Part shown: piece by piece, positions 1 through 12,551 of the stretch
Numbering within the stretch: the first letter of the stretch is position 1
Layout: every line of letters begins with the position of its first letter
Assembly: GCA_047495785.1 (NCBI GenBank)
Contig: JBLDXI010000007.1
Location: forward strand, 248,001 to 312,000
Source of the DNA: Lepidodermella squamata
Lineage: Eukaryota; Animalia; Gastrotricha
Direction of reading: 5' to 3'
Length of the DNA stretch: 64,000 bases
Program-made: the position numbers and the translations under genes
The notes under the pieces: model-generated
The model's database searches: none
Seen by the model: only the letters and a program-made list of their open reading frames with translations
What the model was told of the DNA's origin: nothing

Positions 1-72
1 GAATGCCAAAAGACAAAATTGGCGCAAAGAATGCACCTTTAGTCTTCACCCTCAACAGGAACAATAGGTCTT

Positions 73-240
73 TCTCAAAAAAGTCTCTTTACCCACCTAA
101 AAAAAATGAGGACGCGGAAGAACTTTGTCACGTTGTTTCTAAGGGACAATTAAAAAAATAGTAGAATAAATAGAAACAACGTGACAAAGTTCTTCCGCGT
201 CCTCATTCTTTTTAGGTGGGTAAAGGGACTTTTTTTGAGA
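73..240. repeat. Near-perfect foldback/inverted repeat (MITE-like), ~69-bp arms, 29-bp spacer
   Basis: 73-141 (tctcaaaaaagtctctttacccacc...cgttgtttcta) is the reverse complement of 171-240 with only a few mismatches. Confidence 0.85.
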
Positions 241-1247
241 GTGGTCATAAGCCGTTAAATGACCCAATCAGGTTTTTTGTACCAGGCTAAGTGATGATAG
301 GGACGATCAGGTATGACTTTTTTTACGAAGACTTTGGCCACGCAGAATAATCTTTGCATAAAGCTGTGATTGACATAGTATTTCGAAGCCGCCTGCTTCC
401 CGCTCAAGTGATTTTTGGACATTCGATTCCTTCAAACTTTCATCCACCTTCGTGCTGGCTTATAATTGGAGATTTTCATAGCCACTTCCTAAATTCGGCT
501 GCCGGCCGATTTTTGAACATGAAGTGCTGTGCAGCAGTTTTTTCACGAAGATCAAGCAATTTGCACTGTCTGTTTCAATCTGTTTCGTGACTTTTCAAGC
601 ACCTGATCGCAAAAAATGATAATAAATGGGCTAGGTGGATCATGAGGAAAAGCTCACAGGTAAAGCAACAAAGGCAATTTCCACACTAAACTTATCGAGG
701 AAAATTTAACGGTATCAAGCTTAAGAAGAGCCATAAATTGGCCACAAATCAAGGTAAAATCATCCGGACTTGTGGGAACTGGCATTCGATAGCCCGAGGA
801 TTCTTCTATAAATTTGTTTTTTTGCCAATTTTTTTTCAAAAAATTCAACAGGATGGCTAAGTAGGGAATACCCTAAAAGTGGCCGAATTTAGGGTGCAAT
901 GCTCTATAATATCAAAGCCAAAAAATTGCATCATTTTTACCTACCGGTTTTAGACAAAGTTTTGGTGTTTACCACGAAATTTCAATCTTGGTTAATAGTG
1001 TATTTTTTGCCTCTTTGAGAAAAAATTTACTAATGAAGTTTGTAAATTATAGTAGGTTGAAAATCGCAGTCCGTGATTTGTAAAACAACAGCGCACTTGT
1101 TCAAAAGCAGGCGGTGTTTTTTTCAAATCACGTGTATCCAAAGCAAAATACGCGCGCGCGTGGCTGTCCGCTGACCTAAAAAATGTGTTTCAATTCATTT
1201 TATTTTCATGATTTCAGTTGCACGAGAACAAGCTTTATTATTACCAG

Positions 1248-4200
1248 ATGTTGTATTTTCCGTGTTTTTGGCTGTCATTTGTCACTGCCGCAGCTTTTTT
1301 CCAAGCGGCTTCGTGCTACAACTGGCTGCGATGCTTCTCACAATTCGACAACACATTCGTTCAATGCCGAAATGACGCCCCCAACTGTCCAACGCTTACA
1401 GAATATCAAGTTAGAGAATTATTCACGCTAGAATAAAATTGTTAATTAAAAAATCACTAAATTATGAAGTTGAGAATAAATCTTTCATCTTGAGAAAGAG
1501 TAATCATTTATTTTTTCTATCTTGAAAATTTAATTTTGCAAATCTGCGATAACTATTTCATTCTATCTAATATTTTACGGGTTCTCCTCTTACCGGAACC
1601 TAATTTGCGATTGCGGAACCATATTTATTGGACGTAGAACCACTTTTCAGAATTTCGAAAGGTGATACAATATCGTAAGTCTGAATAAAGGATTTTTAAA
1701 TTCAGCGTAAAATTATTTACAAGACGTAGCATTCACGTTAGAAATCATACATTGTCTCAAATTCTTGGAGTGATTTAAAAATCAATATTTGGCATATTTT
1801 CAATATTTTCAGGTACACGCTCAAAATAAGGAGCCTCTACACGGGTGACAAATTATAATTGAATTGTAAATCGCAATTTTGGCCCCCTATGGGGATAATT
1901 GCAGTTCCTATTTGAGTCGTCTAGGGGTGTATCTCTGTTTCTTTCGACACCTCCCTCACCTTCCCGGTCGTTCTATGGGGTTTTGCTTCGAGCGCGTATA
2001 GGTTCCGCAAGATGCAAATTTGGTTCCGCTAAAAAATATTCCGCCATTTTATTTTATACAGGTCAACTATGGCGCGCAAGATTCTACGCTATGTATTCGA
2101 GGCGTATGCTGTTTGCAGCAGTTTTGCTCATATAAATTAACAACTTCTGTTTTAGAACGGCAAAATTTGCTACAGATTTGCGGCAATCACTCCACGATGC
2201 ACGAGCGGGGCAGATAAGTGTGATGCTGATGAAATCGTGGTGAGTAATAGGTTTACAAAAATCGAATTGCAAATTTACACTCGATTTTTGGACAGCTAAA
2301 TTTCTTTCGCGGTAGCTTATTACTGAGTGCTAATCAAAAGGCGTGCAGAGATGCAATCAGCAAATTCGGCGTAAGTTTATTCTGTACTTCTCGAGTAAAA
2401 TGACTTCATTTGATCACCTTACCTCTCAGAATCAACCATTCCAACGTTGTACTTCAAATGGTCGGACAGTCACGTGCGTTCCAAGTGTCGATAACGTCTT
2501 TTCATGCCCAGCAAATACGGTATTTTATACAAATCGCGCATGAACGATATTTCTCAGATCGAGCGAATATTATTTAGACGATTGGTGGTGTAACTTATGG
2601 CAATTTGAATGCCTGTTTGAATGGAGCCGGTGAGTTATCAATTGATGACAATACCGTAATCCGGTTCAACTTTGAACACCTACGTCCATGCAAACTTCTA
2701 TATGCTGCGTGTAAATTCAACATATGTGATTTTGGTCCAGTTTTCAATGTAGTTCGACTGAGGCCGCCCACCGTAACATCCTGATATTTTTTATTCTCGG
2801 AAATTCGCAAGCGTAAGGATTTGGCAAGGGGTACCCCAAAAGTACAACTTTGAACACCAAGAAATAAAAAATCCACCTTTATTCGTGCGCAGAGAATTTC
2901 GCGAGAAATTTGCTATTTTCAACTCGCTGGTTTGCTCCATAGAGAGCGTAGTGGGCGAAAATTGAAAAATTATAATAAGTTATTAACATTTTTATGGTGG
3001 GCTTTTTACTCGGTATTTGAAATTAATTCGTTGCCATTACGATATAGGAAGTCTTTTTCTGATCACTACGTTCTCTATGGGGCATAGTAGGGTTCAGTAA
3101 ATGCGAACGAAGTCTATAAAAACTTCTATAGAAACATTCTCCACAAAGTCAAAATAATGAATTTCTATCGTGTTCAAAGTTGTACCGGCTACCCTGGCAA
3201 CTTTGAGCGAACGCCACGCAAAAACTACTCTATAGATGGGTGTGCCATTTTGGCTACTTCTTCAGAAAAGTATAAGCTTGAATTCGCCAAGTTGGACCGC
3301 TCGGATATCTGCTACGGTTATCGTAGGGCAACACTTCAAAGTAGACCAAAAACGCTGTTTTTTCGAGAATTTTCAAGGGAGAGACCGTGGGGTCTGTGTT
3401 GATGAAACTTGGCAAAATGTTAGACCACAACGATATCTGTATTCAGTAAAATTCCCAAGTGGTAGATCCCCATGGTTTCAGAGAAAAGCTGATTTGCGTG
3501 AAATGTTCAAACTATAGTACCTGTTCAAAGTTGTACCGGATTACGGTAATTATTGACAAACATATTTTGATGATTTCAATTCAGTGCAAGTGCCCGATAG
3601 CGAGAAGCCCCACATTCGCTGCTTCGATGCCACAACTCGTAATTTTGTCGGCTGTCGACTCGCTTCTGCCGGTTGCGGGAGTGATGTTCCTGATTATTCG
3701 AGTGGAAGTTACAGAACCCTTGCAAACTGCCTCCGTTGGGTAAATCTCAAAAACATTAATTATTTCTTCATTTGTTTTGCTTTGTTTAGCGAGCTGCCAA
3801 GTGCCTCACTGCCGCTGGGGAGATTTGCTACAATTTGTGCCCCTCGGGCTCACAATTGGTATTATGATTCGTTTTACTGACTTCATCTGTTTTGTAAATC
3901 TTGGGTTTTGATGCTGCTAGCTCGCCATCTTCTCTTCGGCTCCGACATTTGCTGAAAACTACGCCGCATGCCAGGGGAATATTTCATTGGTAAAATATTA
4001 TGATTGGTTGATTTATTGTCAGAAGGACAGCTGCTTATTGTGTTTTTAATCAGCCTCTTGATTGTAAGAACAACGGAACTTATCAACCAGCTACTAGAAC
4101 TTGCGCCTGCACTGCGGCGTACCGCGGCGAAACTTGCCAATTGAGTGAGTTTATCGCGGCTGTGTCTTTTGTCGTTAATGAAAATTTTGAGGCGGGGCCC

Positions 4201-7200
4201 AAATGAGACGCTCCGCCTGAAAAATATTCATTGTTATTCGAGAACTTCCACCAGGAAGCAACCATGGTTTTAATATTTCGAAAACAGGTTTTATCTCATA
4301 ACATAAAGGATTTCTTTCTGAACATATATTGGCGTTAGCAGTATCAACGTATCCAGCAAAATAAAATTTCAATGTTATAAAAAATAAATAAATAAATTCT
4401 GATGGAGTGTCTCAACGCATGACCACTATTTTCTTTGCCTCGCATTTTTCTGTAACCATGAGGAACTTTCCTGAAATTCTCGTTAGAATGGGATTTTCTT
4501 AACTTCACTTTCTCAACTAAGGTCTCTGATGAGTCTCATGGCCCAGACGAAACGTATACACGTCAGACTAGCCATTTTTAGAATGGGATTTGTGAGAAGA
4601 AATTGGTGGCAAAATTTTGATCGAGGAATCTGGAATTATTGGAATAAGGATTATGGAACATCAAGTAATTATTTGACATCACTGGCAGCTCTGCCCAACG
4701 AGTAGCATTGCTACTTTGCTGCCAAAGTAGTATATTTTTAATTTCGGGCTTTCGTCTTTAATTTCAGGCTTTAATTTTTTCAGAGCGATATTTCTGGTCA
4801 GGCAATGGACCATGGCGGGGAACTATCCGCAGCTGCGCTAATCAGGGTAATTCTCGAGTTGCAGTGATAAAGACGCAAGAAGAATACGAACTGGCTAAGA
4901 AGGCGATTGACACCGGATTTACAAATTTGGACCGTTATTGGATAGGAGCGACGGCTGTTTTCAACTGGTTGGATGGCTCAACTGTCAACATGTATTCCGA
5001 TAAGTATTGGTCCGTCGATGATCAAGAACCTCGTGGTCGGGGTGAATGTATGAACGATTTTTTTATTTTTGCATCCATATTAGAAGGCAGAACCTAAATG
5101 GAGGGCAGTTATATAAGCCAGAACCCCTAAATATGCCCCATGTAAGATTTAACCCAAAATTGTTATAGGTAATCAATTATGGATCCACTGAAAGCTTAGG
5201 CCTTCTCTCTTGCGCATCACTTAATAATGCACTGTAATGCTCAGGTCTCACATTCTCAACCAGCAGTGGTTTCGCCGATTCAGATTGCAGCCATAACCTG
5301 ACGATGTCGGCTTGTAGTAGCCCTACCGATGTGCGTAATCAATTTCTAATCATCGAGCACATTTTCTAGATGTTTCTTTCTTACAGCCATCTGATATTGT
5401 AATGGGAGGTGTGTTACCGGGTGGGTATGATGATCACTTGCAGTTCTGCAATTCTTTGCAAAGAACACTGCCGATCGTCAAAAGCCCGGCTGTTGCGGCA
5501 GCCCTGAGGCAGTCCATGGTGGATTTTAATGGCGGCGATGACAAAGTGGTATACTTAGGCGCTCGGCGCCCCAACAACCTCGACTCATTTATCTGGTCAA
5601 CTGCTGATACGTTTACGATGGCTACGTCATTGCCACCATTCTCAACTGCGTCGGTTCTGAGTAAAGAAAATCATTGTAAGCTCTGAAAGCAAGCGTAGTT
5701 GTTTATGACGTTTGTAAGCTTGTTGCAAAAATTGAAGGCTGCGCGATTTTTATTACGATTGACGCTACATCCTAATGATTCATAGTAAGTTCGTACCAGT
5801 AGAATCGTACCGTGATTCATTCGTAACTTGATACATATTCAGATAGAGTACAAGATCGATCTGAAAATTTGTTTTAAGCACAAATTAATGCCCGGTTAAA
5901 ATTTCGAAAATGGTGATCTTTTCGTAACAAGCGTTAATAGAAGGAAAAACGAAAATAGAGCAAAACGACAAACAAGCAAATTAAATAATCAATTTTATCG
6001 CGAAAATTGCGCAACGAAATAGGAGCAAAACGAATAAAGAGCAACGACAGTAGAGCAAATTAATGAATAATATATGTGTCGTATATAATGTGGACTTTTA
6101 TCTAATGTCAACTTTACATAGCAAAAGTGCCCTATGTAATGTTGATTTTCATCCCGATTTCTGAAAGCCCTTGGAATCCCAAGTTGACCACAAATTAGAG
6201 TCGGCATCGAGGAATTCGAATCTGATATTTTGAAAGAAATACCGATCACCCAAACTCCCAAAATGATCGATTTTCGAAAATCGATTCCGATCGATTTTTC
6301 GAATATTGTCGATATCATCGGCTATGTTTCACCCATGTGAATGAAGAAATTCATTTTCGAATTCCTCGATGCCGACTCTAATTTGTGGTCAACTTGGGAT
6401 TCCAAGGGCTTTCAGAAATCGGGATGAAAATCAACATTACATAGGGCACTTTTGCTATGTAAAGTTGACATTAGATAAAAGTCCACATTATATACGACAT
6501 ATGCATATATAGAGCAACGAAAATACATTGTGGTCTGAAACTTGTAAAGATGCGACTTGAAATTCACGAATCGTAGTTGAAAATTGAATGATGATGGGCA
6601 CATGACCTTGTAGCTACGCAGTAGTTTGAGTTCATTTTCTCCATCAGCTTTTTTCATTTTCAAAAATAATATTTTAAATGGAAATTGACTTTATTAAAAT
6701 ATTAATAATTTAATAATAATATAATATAATAATAATTTAATTTATTAATAATTCAGAAACTAGTTCATCGAAGCAATAAACTAACGCGGTTTAGAGTTAC
6801 CGAATTACATATCCGTGAAGGAGACACGCAGTAAGAGAAGGGTCCTTACCCAAGCCCGGAAGAAAATTTGAGAAAGTGAAATGTTCTAGCCCAATGATTG
6901 GGACTTATTTTTGTGACAGAAAAAAATATGCCTTTTCATACCTTCAATTATTTGGCCTAGTTAGGAATTGAGGTGAGGTAGAAGTTAAGGTGAAGACGCG
7001 AATCTAGGAAAAAAGAGCTAACTCTACGTAATGGCTAATCAGATGTGCGCCATTGAATTGAAGCTGATAAATAGATTGAAGAAATTGATTAGCTTCGTGA
7101 TCATCAGGTATCTGAAAACGCAATTATTTGAATAAATGCGCGTTCTTTACTATTTTCAGACCACACTATTTCTATTCCGTTGCTCCGTTAGTAATAAATC

Positions 7201-7393
7201 TTTAAAAATGAACTAGCGAGTACCAACTACTCACTATACTAATTACTATTACTATTCACCATCTGAATTCTTCAAGAATAATAATTCAAGAAATCTTTCA
7301 CATGTTTCAGGCCTCGCTCTTCAGCGATCTGATTACAAACTCGCTGCATATAAATGTCAGTCTAGTCTGTATGGCCTTTGCGAGCGGCTGTGA
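1248..7393 (+). CDS. Secreted multidomain protein: Cys-rich repeats + EGF-like + two C-type lectin domains (multi-exon)
   Basis: Signal peptide MLYFPCFWLSFVTAAAFFQAASC (ATG 1248). Phase-consistent GT-AG exons near 2062, 2156, 2296, 2430, 2578, 3585, 3790, 3921, 4054 (EGF: CKNNGTYQPATRTCACTAAYRGETCQ), 4784 (CTLD1: W..C..VAVIKTQEE..YWIGA..FNWLDGS..W..EP), 5245, 5387 (CTLD2) and 7311-7393 (CLALQRSDYKLAAYKCQSSLYGLCERL*). Confidence 0.85.
1591..2031. mobile_element. Non-autonomous TIR element in lectin intron 1
   Basis: ~33-bp imperfect TIRs taccggaacctaatttgcgattgcggaacc / ggttccgcaagatgcaaatttggttccgcta. The same caaatttggttccgct unit recurs in tandem at ~48840-48920. Confidence 0.65.
2654..3546. 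mobile_element. Tc1/mariner-pogo-type non-autonomous element (TA TSD, CCGTA termini)
   Basis: TA|CCGTAATCCGGTTCAACTTTGAACA ... TGTTCAAAGTTGTACCGGATTACGG|TA; internal copies of the caactttgaaca motif at ~2846 and ~3171; no transposase ORF. Confidence 0.8.
4521..4569 (+). ncRNA. Type I hammerhead ribozyme
   Basis: GGUCU-CUGAUGA-GUCU(CAUGGCCC)AGAC-GAAA-CGU(AUAC)ACG-UC-AGACU: full catalytic core, stems I, II and III all pair, GUC cleavage triplet ending at 4564. Confidence 0.88.
6077..6499. mobile_element. MITE with ~145-bp TIRs (family copy 1) in lectin last intron
   Basis: 6077-6220 is the near-perfect reverse complement of 6356-6499; TA-rich flanks; homologous copy at ~13425-13835. Confidence 0.85.
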
Positions 7394-7987
7394 ATCAATG
7401 GATCCCGTTCTATCGCAGTGCAGTGCAAAACTATGCACCCTGAAGTTCGCTTGACTATTCGCTTGTCTTTCCAACTCTAACAGCCCAGCGCTCGTGATGT
7501 AGAGATTCAACAGAAGTTATAACTTCCATTGTCAATTGTCTATGAAATTTTCGAAATTCCCGTTCACCTCGAAGGATACAGTATATTAGTATAAAGAATC
7601 GAGGCTATTTACTGTAAGTAATTTATTGGGCCTTTTGAATGTCTTGATCAGCCTATAATTTATCTAAACAATGCTTCAAGTTATTTCAAAATAAAAATGA
7701 AAGTTTTCAAATGCTGCAAGTGAGTAAATATGAAGACATTTTTGCATTTTTTAATATTTTCGAGCCAAATAGAGGAGCCAACTCTAATGGCCAAGGCAAG
7801 CCACCATCCAAAAGTATCGACAGAAATATCCGTTCTCTAATTAGCAAATCCAGCCACGTCATCGGCTCAACAGCTGGACTTCGCAGACGACCTGCTGCTA
7901 TTCGCCACGTGGGCCAAGCATCTATAAGGTCGGCTACAAATGCAGTGTTCGATAACCTTGGGAGTGTCAAGAGCCTCGGCTGCACTA

Positions 7988-8112
7988 CAGGGTGGCCACA
8001 AAGAGCCGCTTGAAGAATTTCAAGCATTCTTTCGTCGATGAAACTCAACAATTTCATTGAAACTTCTCATCGCTCCGCCCCCTCGCGACTTTTGTGGCCA
8101 CCCGCCACCCTG
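7988..8112. mobile_element. Short Tc1/mariner-type MITE (CAGGGTGGCC termini), copy 1
   Basis: TA|CAGGGTGGCCACAAAG...CTTTTGTGGCCACCC(GCCACCC)TG|TA; internal ttgaagaatttcaagcattctt shared with the 11207 and 63760 copies. Confidence 0.8.
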
Positions 8113-8430
8113 TATAGCTGTCATATGAAGCAAAGCCGAACAATACCAGAGCAGCGTATTTATATAGGTCTACAGATTGAGCAAATTTATATTCAATTTA
8201 TATTATTTAATATAAAATAAAAATGTATTGGTATTTTTATTCGGCGGCAAATGTAAAAATTCCTTTGAAAAAACAACAAAACCATTGAAACGAAATAAAA
8301 ATTGATGTGACGCACAGGTGTCGATGTTCATCCGTCAAACGGGTTGAGATTTATCCATAAACGCTTCGGCCGTCTCATAGATACTGAAACAGACTTGTGT
8401 GTTGCTGCTGTGATAGGCGAGTTGCTTTTT

Positions 8431-8613
8431 TCAATCTGAACACCGTATAGATGCAACCACGAAGGTGGTAAGTGCGGCGAACACGCCGATTCCGAGCAGG
8501 CTCGACGCCATGACGCCCAGGCCGAGGTCGGAGAGGATGAAGCCGCTCATTAGCGAAGCACCCGCATTTAGAACAACGAGTAAAACTACCACGACGAACG
8601 CGCACCAACGCAT
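8431..8613 (-). CDS. Small (60 aa) two-helix hydrophobic membrane protein
   Basis: ATG-started intronless GC-rich ORF in AT-rich flanks; two hydrophobic Gly/Ala-rich segments; resembles the ORF at 12552. Confidence 0.55.
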   Translation of the reverse strand: MRWCAFVVVVLLVVLNAGASLMSGFILSDLGLGVMASSLLGIGVFAALTTFVVASIRCSD

Positions 8614-9811
8614 TAAATTTTTAATTTTCTAAAAAATAAATTATTAAATAGTATTGCTTTCCGCAGAACGTCCCGATAATAGCCGATTTTAGGTTCAAAA
8701 CTATTGCAAAATCTCACGATGTAAACACGGCCGTAATGTGTATTAAAGCGTGAAATTATCCTTGAAAGAAACCTTCGCGAGTGGTTATGTCTGCCTGGCC
8801 AAAAGATAAATAGCGGAAGCAAGCCAAAAAAGCGTATAGGGGGCCGCCAAAAAAAACCTTGATAGTAGTCTCTTAGCGCTTATAGCTAGACGAATTTCTC
8901 CGACGTTCGCTTAATTCCATCATCACCCGCGCCCCCTGCTCATCGAAAGTACTCATGAACGTATATATTCGCAGCACGATCGGCGGCGTTGAAACGTTGC
9001 TTGGGCGATACGATTACATCGCGGCTGAGCACGCACTACACCATCATAAAAAAAAAGCAGCGATGCACATGCGCAATGCGCACAAAAAAAGCACCGCTCT
9101 CTTGTTTTATTATTGCGCGTTCTTGTGAGCGCGCGCACCCGCTCATCATCGCCATCATCGCGATTATACATAGGTATATTGCGCAAAAAAATATCCCCGC
9201 CATTCCGGATTCCGTGTGTTTTATAACCGCACGTTTTTTTTGGGCCGATACCAACTGATTTATTTCGATGCGTTCGATGCGATGAAACACCGCAAGAACC
9301 ACGCCTCCAGGTTTTTTCGGGTGAGATTATCAAAATGTTCGGCTCTTCCTCTCTAACTACTTGTCCGTGTATCTTGGCGTTCGGCTATTTGCTCTGCACC
9401 CTCTGTACTCTAAAAAAACCAGAACGCTGCCGAAAAAAGTGGGACGAAGAAAACTATTTTTTTGTATCGAAACGCTTGGATATAAATTGATCTCTAACAA
9501 ATATTATATTCGTTGTTATTAAAAATTTAAATCACTCAATCCTGTTTTAAAATGAAAAAGAAATCCGAAAATTTATCAAATTTGATTGGCAGTCGAAGAA
9601 AATGAATGTACTGCTACAGTTAATTTATTCTATTCTTGTGTTATAATGAATGACTTCTGTTGCTGGCACCCGTCCAAGAAATATTATTTGACTGTAAAAA
9701 TGCAAAAAAAATGAATGTTGAAAAACTGAGATTTTTTCGATGCCGTGTTCAAGATTCGGCAGACCGTCATAAAACAGCAAATACCCAAAAGTTTTAACAT
9801 AGTAAGTTTTC

Positions 9812-9885
9812 GCTGTTTTGTCGCAAAATAAAAAATTTGCTGTTTTGTCGCATTCGCAGTTCTGCGAAGTGCTGTTTTGTCGCCG
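9812..9885. repeat. Degenerate tandem repeat (gctgttttgtcgc x3)
   Basis: Three spaced copies of gctgttttgtcgc. Confidence 0.6.
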
Positions 9886-10401
9886 TACCCTAGATTCAAG
9901 ATCAATGAACGAGTCGAACGACGTTAGAATTGCTGAGAAAGCTAGTCCCAAAATTTACCAGCAAAAAATGCTAATTTGAGTGAGCACTTTTTTCCATTTT
10001 TCTCATTTTTACGTTAATTATCCGCCTCAAATTTTATCGCCATTGTCTGCCGCTTTTATCCAGAGGTGATGATGGGCTAGATGGGTATTCAATTATTTAA
10101 TTAGAATCATCCTAGAATTTAAAACTTTGAAATTTAAAAGTGACAGGTTTAGAACATCCGTCTGCTATTTTCTGAAAAAAATTTTCACATCAAAAGTAAT
10201 GGGTGCCTAATTTGCTCGAGAAGATAGCGGATTAATCTCACTTTCCGCCTCTATTTTATCTCTGTGGCTTTCCATGAAGGTAGAGATAAGCGATTCAAAC
10301 ACGTCGAGATACTAAAGATAGCTGTTAGTCTTTGCATCTCTTGTTCGGTCTTCATTGATAGAGGCACATGGCGTGTCTTTGACATTTTTTTTACATCATG
10401 C

Positions 10402-10821
10402 ATGGCAAAGTCTGAAAGGCAAAAAATTATGATAAACTTCGCAGCCGGTGATCAAATTGAAGACGTCAAGGGACGAGCTAGCAGTTATGGCTCGACAACA
10501 AACAGCAGCCGAATTATGATACCAGCTTCGTCGCGGCGGCCGATAAAGGCACCGAGAAAGACGCCGCTTTTGAAGAAGCTCATTCCTGGCTATCTGCTGT
10601 CCATATCCATCCTAGCGTTAACTGTCGCCTTTATAATTCTGGTGTCACAACTGCCGCAGTTCGAGTGGTTTTGGTTCGTATGGCTGCCGTTTTTTCCCGC
10701 ATTTTCTGTTGTGTATTTTATTCTGATTGGATGTGGTTGCGTTTACCATCAGAGCCGAGGGAAGACAAGTCAAGTTGTAAGTTCAATTAATAGAGTCTTA
10801 ATTGTAGTGGAACCAAAGTAG
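10402..10821 (+). CDS. Small protein with basic N-terminus and C-terminal two-TM hairpin (5' end uncertain)
   Basis: Hydrophobic segments LIPGYLLSISILALTVAFIILV and WFWFVWLPFFPAFSVVYFILIGCGC; AATAAA at ~10931. Confidence 0.6.
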   Translation: MAKSERQKIMINFAAGDQIEDVKGRASSYGSTTNSSRIMIPASSRRPIKAPRKTPLLKKLIPGYLLSISILALTVAFIILVSQLPQFEWFWFVWLPFFPAFSVVYFILIGCGCVYHQSRGKTSQVVSSINRVLIVVEPK

Positions 10822-11206
10822 CCTGTTGGGGGAGCAAAACATGACCGGAAGCAAATTTTGTATAATTAATTCGCCCAAAACTGCCATTTCTGAATTCTCT
10901 GGAATTTCACGATTAATTCAGAAAAATCCAAATAAAGTACGTTTAAATTTTCGGTGATTTCCCGTATAAGGCCTGGTCCTCACTTTCAGAACGCGACACC
11001 GTCCCGATCTAAAAAAATAATTATAAATTAGCGCTTTCCACAAGTCTTAAGTTTGCTATTGATTCCGTTGAATGATATTCTGATGATTTTATTGCTCAAA
11101 AATGCCCTTATAAATTGATGGGATTTTCATGATTAATTATTAGAAACCTGTATAAATACCCATAAAATTATGCGCAATTTCCTATTTAAGGCTTCAGCAT
11201 CGTTTA

Positions 11207-11367
11207 CAGGGTGGTCAAAAAATTTCGCAAAGGCGAATTCGATGCGCATCAATTTAATGAGGAGTTTTAAGAATTTGAAGAATTGCAAGCATTCTTTTGC
11301 CGATGGAACTTCTAAATTCTTGACACTCCTCACTAAAGTGATGCGAATCGAATTTTTGGCCACCCTA
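11207..11367. mobile_element. Short Tc1/mariner-type MITE (CAGGGTGG termini), copy 2
   Basis: TA|CAGGGTGGTCAAAAAATT...AATTTTTGGCCACCCTA|TA; clearly homologous to 63760-63924. Confidence 0.8.
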
Positions 11368-11822
11368 TAGAGGGCGCACAGCGTCAACTTAAAGCATGAA
11401 TCATCAATTTTACATTTAAATTTAAAACAAACCAAGTTTTGCCTACAGGCATGTTTTTTCCGATGAAAAGCATGCTCTGAAATTAATAACGTTTTAGTCA
11501 GAGTCCATGATAGGACTTATAGACCTAAATAGCTGGCCTAATCCGGGCTAATCTGACTGACCAAATAACCAGATTTTTAAAGAAACTGCCAAGTTGAAAT
11601 CAGCTGGAAAATTGATCGCACCCTTGCCCTTGAAATTGAACATGTAAGGAAGCGATGAATAGATGAGAATCAAGAATTACACTCCAGCCAAATAATGTCA
11701 TCCCGAATTCAGCTATAAAATTAATCTTAAATCACACGCTGGTTTCAAGAAAATTTTCTGGCAAATAATTCTCCGTTTTTTAGCAGGAAATTTAACTGAA
11801 CTTTTGCTCAATCTTTCATTAG

Positions 11823-12088
11823 TTGAACGGCTTGCTTGGCGTTTTATTTTTGGCCTACGCTGGATTCTTCGGGCTCGAGCTCTTCGAAACACCCTGGCCA
11901 GAGAATGATTACGAACAATTTACCTACAGCTTCACAGAAACAACCGCCATCATGCTGTCCACGGTGACAACGGTAAAATTCCACTATAATATTCACGCCA
12001 CCAATTACACGTTATTTTTTCACCTAAAATACAGCTTCTGTCAGTTTGTCTAGCCGTTGTACACTGGGTGTATGCATGTATCCTGTGA
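11823..12088 (+). CDS. Probable 3' exons of a small two-TM protein (start not resolved)
   Basis: After acceptor cattag: LNGLLGVLFLAYAGFFGLELF...AIMLSTVTT | ~61-nt GT-AG intron | LLSVCLAVVHWVYACIL*. Confidence 0.4.
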
Positions 12089-12551
12089 TAATGGAGTTTT
12101 AGTTTTTTCTTTATTGATAACAATAACACAAAACGGTTAATATAATAAATGATGAGAAAAAACGTCTTGTTTTGAGGCGGGTGCAAAATCGTAGTTTGTT
12201 GTGCTTGTTATACCACGTGCGCCGATCATGAGGTTAACAATATTATAACCCCGGTGATATAACCGATAATAAACAACGCGCACGGCGCACAAAAAAACAA
12301 ACGGCGTCTGCGCATGCGCAATTTACGCGCGCCGATCGCTAAAAACTAGGCTGCAGTCGTGGGTGGACGCGCGATTTTTAGCCGGCTCTGATATATATGT
12401 TAAAAGCAACGTTTATCATTAACACGCCGTATATGTAATATCGAAAGTACACGCGTTTTTGTGTAAACGAATCGAACCTAATATGATGAGCAGCGGTGGT
12501 TATGAAACGCCTGCTTTAGCCGCCCGCTTTTTTACTTGTCGAAAAAACGAA

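Noticed and set aside
2226-2240. Other CTGATGA/CTGAAGA hammerhead-core words (e.g. 2227, 11080, 37850, 41123, 53606)
   Set aside because: No downstream stem II + GAAA + UH geometry.
5995-6663. ORFs within the long-TIR MITE (also 11133-11435, 13491-13697, 48688-49132, 56136-56414)
   Set aside because: They lie inside non-autonomous repeats and have no DDE/D or other transposase motifs.
7707-8220. Overlapping ORFs 7707-8057(-), 7711-8013(+) and 8038-8220(+)
   Set aside because: They run through a TA-flanked MITE (7988-8112), show no domain signal and have no convincing splice pattern.
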